Positions 1-6,505 of a DNA stretch of 16,276 nucleotides are shown piece after piece; within the stretch, counting starts at the first letter, position 1; every line of letters starts with the position of its first letter. The notes beneath the pieces were generated by a model, which saw only the letters and a program-made list of their open reading frames with translations, made no database searches and had not been told where the DNA came from. The stretch is from the IMG/VR virus record IMGVR_UViG_3300033144_006348; one strand, written 5' to 3'. This DNA comes from a virus (taxonomy: Duplodnaviria; Heunggongvirae; Uroviricota; Caudoviricetes). The position numbers were made by a program, and so were the translations under genes.

Positions 1-234
1 GGACATGTAGTTGCAGAGTATATGCTTCACGGCCTGTCTTTTCGTCGCTGGAAAAATGAAACCCTTATATACTTGGGCGTAAAGGGTTTAACACAACTTG
101 AAAATCTAAGACGAAAACTACAGAATAATAATATTCCATTTGTTGAATTTAGAGAACCAGATTTAAACAATGAAATAACAGCAATTGCTAGTGATAAAAA
201 ATGTAGAATTTTTGAAAGGATGAATTTGTTATGA
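1..234 (+). CDS. PTH2-like peptidyl-tRNA hydrolase family protein, 5'-truncated by window edge
   Basis: Frame is open from base 1 (GHVVAEYMLH...). GHxxAEY, WxNxTLIYLxV and FREPDLNNEITAIA match my recollection of phage PTH2-like proteins. Confidence 0.65.
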   Translation, partial: GHVVAEYMLHGLSFRRWKNETLIYLGVKGLTQLENLRRKLQNNNIPFVEFREPDLNNEITAIASDKKCRIFERMNLL

Positions 235-464
235 ACATAGAAAATGCTGAAAAATTAATCAAATTATACAAGCAGGGATATCAAATTCAATATCTAGCAG
301 ATACAGACGATTATTATGGATGGGTTCCTGCTTGTGGTTCTGGTCAAGGTACTACTATGACTTTTGATATTGTTGATTTTTATGTAGATTTATGTGATGA
401 TGAAATTAAAATTGAGAGTTTTAAGGTTTCTAAAGAATGCATAGATTGGTGGGAACAATTATGA
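231..464 (+). CDS. hypothetical protein, 77 aa
   Basis: GAAAGGA RBS upstream; ATGA overlap with previous stop. Confidence 0.75.
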   Translation: MNIENAEKLIKLYKQGYQIQYLADTDDYYGWVPACGSGQGTTMTFDIVDFYVDLCDDEIKIESFKVSKECIDWWEQL

Positions 465-664
465 AAGAGACAATCATTTTACCAAATTCTGACTTTCCAG
501 AATTTAAAGATAAGGACGGAAACCTTTATAGGCCATCTGATCTAGATCCAGACTCTATAATAGAAGCAATTGATAATGAATTATCTGAACATGGATTAGA
601 GATATTAAGTGGAGATTATGGATCTTCCAACTATTTCTTTTGTATTGTAAAGAGAGGAGAATAA
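461..664 (+). CDS. hypothetical acidic protein, 67 aa
   Basis: Start moved from 437 to ATG 461 (ATGA overlap with the upstream stop). Confidence 0.7.
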   Translation: MKETIILPNSDFPEFKDKDGNLYRPSDLDPDSIIEAIDNELSEHGLEILSGDYGSSNYFFCIVKRGE

Positions 665-666
665 TT

Positions 667-891
667 ATGAGTTTATTATCTTCTTGTGAAACACTAAAAT
701 GTAATATATGTCCTTTTATGGATTGTTTTAAAGCAGGAACTAAACCTAAATGCTTCCTTGATAGAACTCTTTTAATATGGAAGCATATTTTTGACGATCT
801 ATATCATCCAAAGTGCCCATTATTAGACGGAAGAAAAGTTGAAATCAGATCCGAACAAGGGATGTTGTTGATAGAAAGGGATTATGTATAA
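667..891 (+). CDS. small Cys-rich hypothetical protein, 74 aa
   Basis: GAGGAG RBS before ATG 667; CETLKCNICPFMDC...KCF...KCPL. Confidence 0.7.
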   Translation: MSLLSSCETLKCNICPFMDCFKAGTKPKCFLDRTLLIWKHIFDDLYHPKCPLLDGRKVEIRSEQGMLLIERDYV

Positions 892-911
892 TTAAAGAGA
901 AAGGAGAAATC

Positions 912-1259
912 ATGGTAATTAATCAATTTTCAGAAGAAGAGCTAGCAGATGAATTAGAGAGGAGAGGTGTAATAAATCCCAAACCTGATTTATTTAAAGA
1001 TTTTACAGATGATCAATTAGAGCGAGAATTAAAAAGAAAAGAATGGGTGAGGAAACGAACTGAAGAAGCTCCAGAAATGATATGCTCTGAAGATATTAAT
1101 TTAACCGCTCTTCGAATCCAGGTAATTTCTTATATGTCCTGTATAAAAGAAGACGGGTATATATCAGACAATAGGAAACAACAGGTATTTGAAATAGCTA
1201 TGGCGATGTTTTACGGGTCAGATGTTTTTGAATGGGTAAACAAATATAATCTTGAGTAA
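912..1259 (+). CDS. hypothetical protein, 115 aa, with internal repeat (FSEEELADELERR / FTDDQLERELKRK)
   Basis: GAAAGGAG RBS; two similar N-terminal helical segments. Confidence 0.75.
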   Translation: MVINQFSEEELADELERRGVINPKPDLFKDFTDDQLERELKRKEWVRKRTEEAPEMICSEDINLTALRIQVISYMSCIKEDGYISDNRKQQVFEIAMAMFYGSDVFEWVNKYNLE

Positions 1260-1267
1260 GTTTTAGT

Positions 1268-1339
1268 GGGCCAGTTGCTTGGGGCAAGCGGGGTCTTCTA
1301 AATTCCCTATCGTGGGTTCAATGCCCACCTGGCTCTCCA
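1268..1339 (+). tRNA. atypical tRNA, anticodon UCU (Arg) or CUA (amber) depending on fold
   Basis: Acceptor GGGCCAG/CTGGCTC, U73, CCA; D stem GCTT/AAGC with 5-nt loop; T arm GTGGG-TTCAATG-CCCAC; anticodon arm register ambiguous. Confidence 0.7.
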
Positions 1340-1353
1340 GTGAAAGGAATAAA

Positions 1354-1560
1354 ATGTCTATAGAATCATGTAAAGGGTGTACTATACCTAAAGATTCTCA
1401 TTGTACAATAAGATATAAGGGATTGGAATCTAAGTGCCCCTGCCAAAACTGTATAGTTAAAGTAATGTGTCACAACTATTGCGAGAAATCAAAAGAATTA
1501 CATAATTGGATAAGAAAAAATTGGACGAAACATGACTCTTCAGTGAAAGGAGTAAAATGA
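1354..1560 (+). CDS. 8-Cys small protein, CxxC...C...CPCxxCxxxxxCxxxC family (copy 1), 68 aa
   Basis: GAAAGGA RBS then ATG 1354; the track's 1279 start runs through the tRNA. Confidence 0.8.
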   Translation: MSIESCKGCTIPKDSHCTIRYKGLESKCPCQNCIVKVMCHNYCEKSKELHNWIRKNWTKHDSSVKGVK

Positions 1561-1766
1561 CTACAATTGAACTTCCTATTGACAGAAAAATTAAGTATTA
1601 TATGTTAGGAGGACATTGGATGAAGGTTACAAAAATTAAAGATCTAAATCCTTCGGCTTCAAAAAGAAAAGTATTTCTTTCTTGTACATGTTGTAATGAT
1701 CCTAATGTAACTTATTTAGAAATAATAGAAAAAGATTTAGCAAAAATAACCCTAGATAAAATTTGA
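1557..1766 (+). CDS. hypothetical protein, 69 aa
   Basis: AAGGAG RBS; ATGA overlap. Confidence 0.7.
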   Translation: MTTIELPIDRKIKYYMLGGHWMKVTKIKDLNPSASKRKVFLSCTCCNDPNVTYLEIIEKDLAKITLDKI

Positions 1767-1777
1767 AGGATGAAAAT

Positions 1778-1954
1778 ATGGAAGTTGATCAATGTGAAGG
1801 TTGTGTTGTATTAACCGAGACAACAAAGTGCTCAATAAAAGAAAAAGGATATCAAAATAAATGTCCTTGTCCAACTTGTATAGTAAAAATAATGTGCAGA
1901 CATGATTGCGAAAAAATGAATATATTGGTTCAGCAAGTGTATCAAGAGGCATAA
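1778..1954 (+). CDS. 8-Cys small protein (copy 2), 58 aa
   Basis: GAAGGA RBS before ATG 1778; CEGC...C...CPCPTCIVKIMCRHDC. Confidence 0.8.
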   Translation: MEVDQCEGCVVLTETTKCSIKEKGYQNKCPCPTCIVKIMCRHDCEKMNILVQQVYQEA

Positions 1955-1957
1955 AGA

Positions 1958-2176
1958 ATGTATGAAGAAACATGTGAAGGATGTCTAACACTAACATCCT
2001 TAAAAAATTCTAGATGTAGAATACAAAGTCATAATTATTCTATTATCTGTCCATGTGGAAACTGCATCGTAAAAATGATGTGTAATAAAAGATGTGAAGA
2101 TTTACAAAATGTAATAGATATTGTCAATCAGTATTGGGGACGTTGGGGGAGAATTGGCTTTGACAGATTTGATTGA
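1958..2176 (+). CDS. 8-Cys small protein (copy 3), 72 aa; last 32 nt overlap tmRNA
   Basis: CEGC...C...CPCGNCIVKMMCNKRC; GAGG upstream. Confidence 0.8.
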   Translation: MYEETCEGCLTLTSLKNSRCRIQSHNYSIICPCGNCIVKMMCNKRCEDLQNVIDIVNQYWGRWGRIGFDRFD

Positions 2177-2506
2177 AATTTTAGCTTCGTTTCGTTCGCT
2201 CGTCGTTAAGAGCAAAAATAAACATAATCGCAGACGATTATACCCAAGAATTTCGCCTAGCGGCATAATTCCGTTCCATCAATTTTTCTCTCGGATTGAA
2301 TGGGGCGTCGACTAGAGAGATAGGATTTTTGAAAGGGAAATAGCACCTGTAAACTGGCTTTCAAATTCTGAAAAATTTCCAGCAAATGGCGCGACCTTTA
2401 AGTCTTTTGTTGCATAGAGCTTTAAGGTCTATAATATGTGACTATAAACGTAAATGCTAGAATGGAACTTATTTGGACCCGAGTTCGAATCTCGGCTCCT
2501 CCACCA
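2145..2506 (+). ncRNA. ssrA: tmRNA (transfer-messenger RNA), 362 nt
   Basis: 5' GGGGGAG pairs with 3' CTCCTCC-A-CCA, giving G3:U70 and A73; T arm CCGAG-TTCGAAT-CTCGG; 5' GAATTGGCTTTGAC resembles the ssrA D-loop region; internal tag ORF 2230-2268. Confidence 0.93.
2230..2268 (+). other. tmRNA proteolysis tag reading frame: ADDYTQEFRLAA*
   Basis: ATAATC precedes a GCA resume codon; ends in LAA-TAA as in canonical ssrA tags. Confidence 0.88.
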
Positions 2507-2526
2507 AAAAAAAAAGAAAGGAATAA

Positions 2527-2790
2527 GTGAGTATGAGAAGAGGGGATAAAGTAAAAATCGATCCGATTTGTGATAGCACCAGAGGAAGATATGGAATAAA
2601 TGGAGAAATGCGTCAAATGCGTGGAACAGTTCAAATGATTAAATCAGTATCTGGTACCTTAGTGTTCTTAGAAAAATCATCGTGGCAATGGCATATTTCA
2701 GACTTAGTGTTAGATAAGGACATTGAGAAAGTTGTCATTCCAGTTAGCTCGTTTGATCCAGATAATTTGGTTGTGCCGGAGGTGACATAA
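2527..2790 (+). CDS. KOW/SH3-like small protein, paralog A, C-terminal FDPDNL (start may be ATG 2533)
   Basis: GDKVKI...M..M.G.V..I..V...W.W..SDL pattern shared with the next ORF; GAAAGGA RBS. Confidence 0.65.
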   Translation: MSMRRGDKVKIDPICDSTRGRYGINGEMRQMRGTVQMIKSVSGTLVFLEKSSWQWHISDLVLDKDIEKVVIPVSSFDPDNLVVPEVT

Positions 2791-3042
2791 GTGTTAATAG
2801 AAGAAGTAAAAGTTGGAATGAAGGTTAGAATATCTACCGCATGTCGAAAGACAAATGATACAGTTTCTGTAGTACCTGGTATGAAAAAATATCTTGGATC
2901 AGTTCAGACTGTTGATTGTGTTGATTTTGATGTCGTTTCTATACGAGGATTTTCATGGCATCCCCAAGATTTATTAACTCCAGATGAAGATCTACTTGAT
3001 AGAACACCACAATTTTTTGATCCGGAAAATTTAATTGGATAA
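2791..3042 (+). CDS. KOW/SH3-like small protein, paralog B, C-terminal FDPENL
   Basis: KVGMKVRI...M..Y.G.V.TV..V...FSWHPQDL; GGAGGT RBS; GTG start abuts previous stop. Confidence 0.65.
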   Translation: MLIEEVKVGMKVRISTACRKTNDTVSVVPGMKKYLGSVQTVDCVDFDVVSIRGFSWHPQDLLTPDEDLLDRTPQFFDPENLIG

Positions 3043-3466
3043 AAGATTACAAGCTGTACTTATTAAAAAATATTCATCTTTATGTCAAGAAACAGAACTA
3101 ACTATACAACAATCTTGTATGGCATGGGGATTTGAGGTTGGAGATGGTTGGTTTAAAATATTGGATGAGATGCTTGAAAAACTATCTAAACATGATGGCG
3201 TTGTTTTAGCTCAAGTAAAAGAAAAATTTGGGCTTCTCAGAGTATACATAAATCATGGAACAGATGAGGTCTATAATATAATTGATGAATATGAGAGCAA
3301 ATCTGCTCATATTTGTGAAACATGTGGGAAAGATGGAGAAGTAAGACCTGGAGGTTGGATATATACAGCATGTAATGAATGTGATAAAAAATTTAAAGCT
3401 GGAAAACGTCCTTGGTTAGAGGATTGGAACACTCCAGTTGAAGAATCAAATGATCCTATGGGCTAG
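3035..3466 (+). CDS. conserved phage-type hypothetical protein with C-terminal Zn ribbon, 143 aa; stop lies inside tRNA-Glu
   Basis: GFEVGDGWF, QVKEKFGLLRVY and CETCG...GGWIYTACNEC recall a widespread uncharacterised phage family; TTG start. Confidence 0.75.
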   Translation: MDKRLQAVLIKKYSSLCQETELTIQQSCMAWGFEVGDGWFKILDEMLEKLSKHDGVVLAQVKEKFGLLRVYINHGTDEVYNIIDEYESKSAHICETCGKDGEVRPGGWIYTACNECDKKFKAGKRPWLEDWNTPVEESNDPMG

Positions 3467-3528
3467 CGGTCGAGGCCATCAGACCTTCAATCTGAGTATC
3501 GGGGGTTCAAATCCCCCTAGGATCACCA
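3452..3528 (+). tRNA. trnE: tRNA-Glu(UUC), C at position 33
   Basis: Acceptor GATCCTA/TAGGATC; anticodon arm TCAGA-CCTTCAA-TCTGA; U13:G22; T arm GGGGG-TTCAAAT-CCCCC; CCA. Confidence 0.85.
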
Positions 3529-3539
3529 AAGGAGTAATT

Positions 3540-3872
3540 ATGAAAAAAATAATGTTTTTTATAGCATGCTTGCTATTTGTTTTTATGGCAAGTGTAGTAG
3601 ATGGAAAAGATACCTCCAAACCAGAGAAATGTACATTCCCACAAGGAAAAGTTTTCTTAACAATGTCTCCTTATATACCTGGAAAGGTAGTTAAGATTAT
3701 TTCCTATGAGGACCAAGATATAATAATTCTAGAACAAACCAATGGTATTGGAGTTTTAATGGTCAAAGGGTTTATTGCTCATTGCCTCATTCATAAAAGG
3801 GAGATAATGAATTGGGATCAAGTAGGATTTGTTCAGATGTATTACTTGAAAGATTGTACTCCACATGAATAA
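3540..3872 (+). CDS. secreted/periplasmic hypothetical protein with N-terminal signal peptide, 110 aa
   Basis: AAGGAG RBS directly after the tRNA CCA; MKKIMFFIACLLFVFMASVVDG is signal-peptide-like. Confidence 0.7.
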   Translation: MKKIMFFIACLLFVFMASVVDGKDTSKPEKCTFPQGKVFLTMSPYIPGKVVKIISYEDQDIIILEQTNGIGVLMVKGFIAHCLIHKREIMNWDQVGFVQMYYLKDCTPHE

Positions 3873-4206
3873 GAAAGGAGACTCTTTGGAAAATTATAAA
3901 GTAAAATTAGTAACAATTCTTCGCTGGGTGGATAATAATAATTGTGCTACTACAAAAGGGAAATTTTATAAAGATATAACTTTAAAGTATCTGCCTGCAA
4001 GACATATGCTTGTTGATATATGGAACGATAATATTTTTTATGTTGAACAAGTAAAACAACATGAATTAACAGGGGATCTAACCCTATATAGAAGATATGA
4101 TATGCATGATCACTTCTATCAGGAAGATAAATATCAAGAAAAACGAAAAGATTTATTATCAAAAGATTGGAAAGAATATGAAAATAAAATTGGGGTGGTC
4201 GGTTAA
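3865..4206 (+). CDS. hypothetical protein, 113 aa; stop inside tRNA-Trp
   Basis: Open frame overlapping the previous stop; TAA at tRNA positions 13-15. Confidence 0.7.
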   Translation: MNKKGDSLENYKVKLVTILRWVDNNNCATTKGKFYKDITLKYLPARHMLVDIWNDNIFYVEQVKQHELTGDLTLYRRYDMHDHFYQEDKYQEKRKDLLSKDWKEYENKIGVVG

Positions 4207-4266
4207 TGCGCAAACCAGCAGGTTCCAACCCTGTGACTCGGGGTTCAAATCCTCGTCGCCCCGCCA
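4192..4266 (+). tRNA. trnW: tRNA-Trp(CCA)
   Basis: Acceptor GGGGTGG/TCGCCCC, G73, CCA; anticodon arm GCAGG-TTCCAAC-CCTGT; D loop has GCG rather than GG. Confidence 0.88.
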
Positions 4267-4286
4267 TTTAAAAGAAAGGAACATCT

Positions 4287-4550
4287 ATGGAAGTTAAAAA
4301 AACGAAAAAATTAATATACAGTAATTCTTGGAATTTTTTTGATAATGTAAAAGTTGGAGAAACTTATCTGTATAGCACTATTTACACATTTCGAGAGGTT
4401 GTAAAATTGGCTGAAAGAGTTAGAATCAAACTTAGAAAAGGTGATACTTTATATAGTTTTATAGTTATATATATGCCTCCTGTAGCTAATAGAGAAGCGA
4501 TTATATTCGACCCAGAAATGTTGGATTTACCAAGTGGTGTCTTAGCTTAG
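4287..4550 (+). CDS. hypothetical protein, 87 aa, with FDPEML near the C-terminus; stop inside tRNA-Asp
   Basis: GAAAGGA RBS; TAG at tRNA positions 13-15. Confidence 0.7.
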   Translation: MEVKKTKKLIYSNSWNFFDNVKVGETYLYSTIYTFREVVKLAERVRIKLRKGDTLYSFIVIYMPPVANREAIIFDPEMLDLPSGVLA

Positions 4551-4614
4551 TCTGGTTCAAAGCGCTGGCTTGTCACGTCAGAGATCACGGGTTCAAATCC
4601 CGTATTCACCGCCA
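4536..4614 (+). tRNA. trnD: tRNA-Asp(GUC) with two acceptor-stem mismatches
   Basis: Anticodon arm CTGGC-TTGTCAC-GTCAG; T arm ACGGG-TTCAAAT-CCCGT; G73, CCA; acceptor GGTGTCT/ATTCACC. Confidence 0.85.
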
Positions 4615-4622
4615 TTTAATTT

Positions 4623-4699
4623 GGCCCGGTAGCTCAATTTGGGAGAGCATCTGCTTTGCACGCAGGAGGTTGAGGGTTCAAATCCCTCCCGGCCCACCA
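4623..4699 (+). tRNA. trnA: tRNA with Ala anticodon (UGC) but C3:C70 instead of G3:U70
   Basis: Acceptor GGCCCGG/CCGGCCC; anticodon arm TCTGC-TTTGCAC-GCAGG; T arm GAGGG-TTCAAAT-CCCTC; A73, CCA. Confidence 0.85.
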
Positions 4700-4723
4700 T
4701 TACAAAAAGAAAGGGAATCAAAA

Positions 4724-5758
4724 ATGAAGATAAAAACACATGTTGGATTTTGTATTGATGAAAGTGGATCTGTAAAACAAATTATTAAACCTCTTGTTAA
4801 TGCTTACAACCAAACAGTATCCGATATTAGAGACTCTGTCTTGGATGAAGGTCAAGAAGCATCTATGACAGCATTATCATTTGGAGATCGAGTTCTAAGG
4901 CACCGGGTTTTATATGTTGGTCAACAAGTTCAGACAGTTATTCCATTGGATTACAAGGATCTTAATCCCACTGGAACCACCCCTCTTTTTGACTCTGTTT
5001 ATAGAGCCATCAAAAAATTGGAGGAGTTAGACGATGGAAAGGAAACTACATCATTTATTATTACAACGGTAACAGATGGTTTTGAGAATGCCTCTTTTGA
5101 GCCTGGTGTTGAAGCAGCTCTTGCCCTCGTAGATGAAAAGACTGCAACAGATAGATGGACGTTTACTTTTATGGTTCCTAGAGGAAATTCTCAAGAGTTT
5201 TCTAGTAAGTTTGGAATTCCACTGGGGAATATTCAGGATTGGGATACAAAGACCGCAAAAGGGACAGAAGAAGGATTTGCTATCAGTTCAACAGCATACC
5301 ACGGATTTTTCAAAGAAAGAAGTAGGGGCATTAAAGCTACAAAATCCTTCTATTCAAGTATGGAAGGTGTTAATGTCAGAGATGTGAGATCTTCTCTATC
5401 AGAAATTACAAAGCAGGTAAAGGTACTTACTGCCAAAAAAGAATGGCAGATAAAGCCATTTATTGAAAGTAAAAAGCTGCCATATATTAGCGGTGCAGCA
5501 TTCTATCAACTGGTAAAAACGGAAAAGAAAGTCCAACCGTATAAACTGGTTGTAGTTAGAGTTATAACATCTGGAAAAATGTATTCGGGAAGAGAAGCCA
5601 GAGCAATGATTGGAATTGATGTTCCTGATACAGTTCGTCTGGTTCCTAAAGATCATGGGAAATTTGATATTTTCATTCAATCAACCAGTGTGAATAGAAA
5701 GATTCCCAAAGGGACGGACGTTCTTTACTGGACAAGGTTTGGAAGTCAACGTAAGTAA
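4724..5758 (+). CDS. von Willebrand factor A (vWA/MIDAS) domain protein with a C-terminal domain of unknown function, 344 aa
   Basis: MIDAS DxSxS (IDESGS), T (GTTPLFD) and D (TVTDG); C-terminal FYQLVK...QSTSVNRK; start moved from 4670 (inside the tRNA) to ATG 4724 after GAAAGGGA. Confidence 0.8.
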   Translation: MKIKTHVGFCIDESGSVKQIIKPLVNAYNQTVSDIRDSVLDEGQEASMTALSFGDRVLRHRVLYVGQQVQTVIPLDYKDLNPTGTTPLFDSVYRAIKKLEELDDGKETTSFIITTVTDGFENASFEPGVEAALALVDEKTATDRWTFTFMVPRGNSQEFSSKFGIPLGNIQDWDTKTAKGTEEGFAISSTAYHGFFKERSRGIKATKSFYSSMEGVNVRDVRSSLSEITKQVKVLTAKKEWQIKPFIESKKLPYISGAAFYQLVKTEKKVQPYKLVVVRVITSGKMYSGREARAMIGIDVPDTVRLVPKDHGKFDIFIQSTSVNRKIPKGTDVLYWTRFGSQRK

Positions 5759-5764
5759 AACCTG

Positions 5765-5805
5765 ATGGTGGGTGTATTGGTAATCTACACCCACCATTTA
5801 CTTTA
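5765..5805 (+). terminator. putative intrinsic terminator: perfect 12-bp stem, 9-nt loop
   Basis: ATGGTGGGTGTA (5765-5776) / TACACCCACCAT (5786-5797) followed by TTACTTT, just after the vWA stop. Confidence 0.5.
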
Positions 5806-5820
5806 ACTGGAAGGAGAATT

Positions 5821-5946
5821 ATGAAATTAATTAAATGGAAGATTAAAAGATTTTTTAGATATATTGAATTATTGATTACAGGTCACTGGACATATTGTGA
5901 TGGTTGTAAAAAATTTTCTCCTTCTTGGTATTGTCCATACTGTTGA
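5821..5946 (+). CDS. 41-aa Zn-ribbon micro-protein (not in the ORF track)
   Basis: GAAGGAG RBS; MKLIKWKIKRFF...YCDGC...YCPYC*. Confidence 0.6.
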   Translation: MKLIKWKIKRFFRYIELLITGHWTYCDGCKKFSPSWYCPYC

Positions 5947-5961
5947 AATGGAGAATAAGTT

Positions 5962-6159
5962 ATGGAAAATCCATGTGAAATTTGTATAGTCAATGCTTCC
6001 TGTACAGAAAGATGTACCGACTTTGCAAAGTATATTTATGAAAATAAAATCTATGACTGTGGTGGAGAACTTTCTAAAAAAAAAATTGAGCATATGTCAT
6101 ATCCTGAAGCGATAGAATATATTCTTATGATTGAAAATGTAATTTTATCAATTCAATAA
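5962..6159 (+). CDS. small protein with CxxCxxxxxCxxxC motif, 65 aa
   Basis: GGAGA RBS; PCEICIVNASCTERC. Confidence 0.75.
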   Translation: MENPCEICIVNASCTERCTDFAKYIYENKIYDCGGELSKKKIEHMSYPEAIEYILMIENVILSIQ

Positions 6160-6161
6160 GC

Positions 6162-6252
6162 ACCCCTGTAGCTCAGCGGCAGAGCAGCGGGTTTATGCCC
6201 CGAGCGCCGGATAAGCGGTTGGTCGTAGGTTCGAGTCCTACCAGGGGTACTA
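6162..6252 (+). tRNA. tRNA-like gene with UAU (Ile AUA) anticodon, 21-nt variable region and CTA in place of CCA
   Basis: Acceptor ACCCCTG/CAGGGGT, A73; D arm GCTC-AGCGGCA-GAGC; anticodon arm GCGGG-TTTATGC-CCCGA; T arm GTAGG-TTCGAGT-CCTAC. Confidence 0.7.
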
Positions 6253-6271
6253 ATTCTTTAAAGGAGATTAT

Positions 6272-6505
6272 ATGAGTGAGCTTAACATAATTATAGCAAA
6301 TAATGATCAACTAGCTGAAATATACACCGCTCTAAAGCAGGTTTCTATTATGCTCAAATCATATAACCAGATGTGTGTAAAAGCAAGGGATGATTATTTT
6401 CATAAAGGTAATGATGATCTAGCTAAAGAAGTGGAACAATCAATGGAACATGCAGATAAAAGAATGGAATCAATAGGAATCATATTACAATCAATTGAAG
6501 AATGA
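6272..6505 (+). CDS. hypothetical helical/coiled-coil protein, 77 aa
   Basis: AAGGAG RBS. Confidence 0.75.
   Translation: MSELNIIIANNDQLAEIYTALKQVSIMLKSYNQMCVKARDDYFHKGNDDLAKEVEQSMEHADKRMESIGIILQSIEE

Noticed and set aside
1268-1339. tRNA-Pyl
   Set aside because: Length and possible CUA are similar, but it has U73 not G73, a two-base 8/9 linker, a TTC-type T loop, no 6-bp anticodon stem, and no pyl genes in the window.
2506-2515. A10 run after the tmRNA as a phase-variation tract
   Set aside because: Intergenic, in an AT-rich genome, and length is error-prone; no evidence of function.
3484-3491. UCA (Sec/Trp opal) anticodon reading of the tRNA at 3452
   Set aside because: The perfect TCAGA/TCTGA stem fixes a 7-nt loop with TTC at 34-36; no long arm or 8-bp acceptor as in tRNA-Sec.
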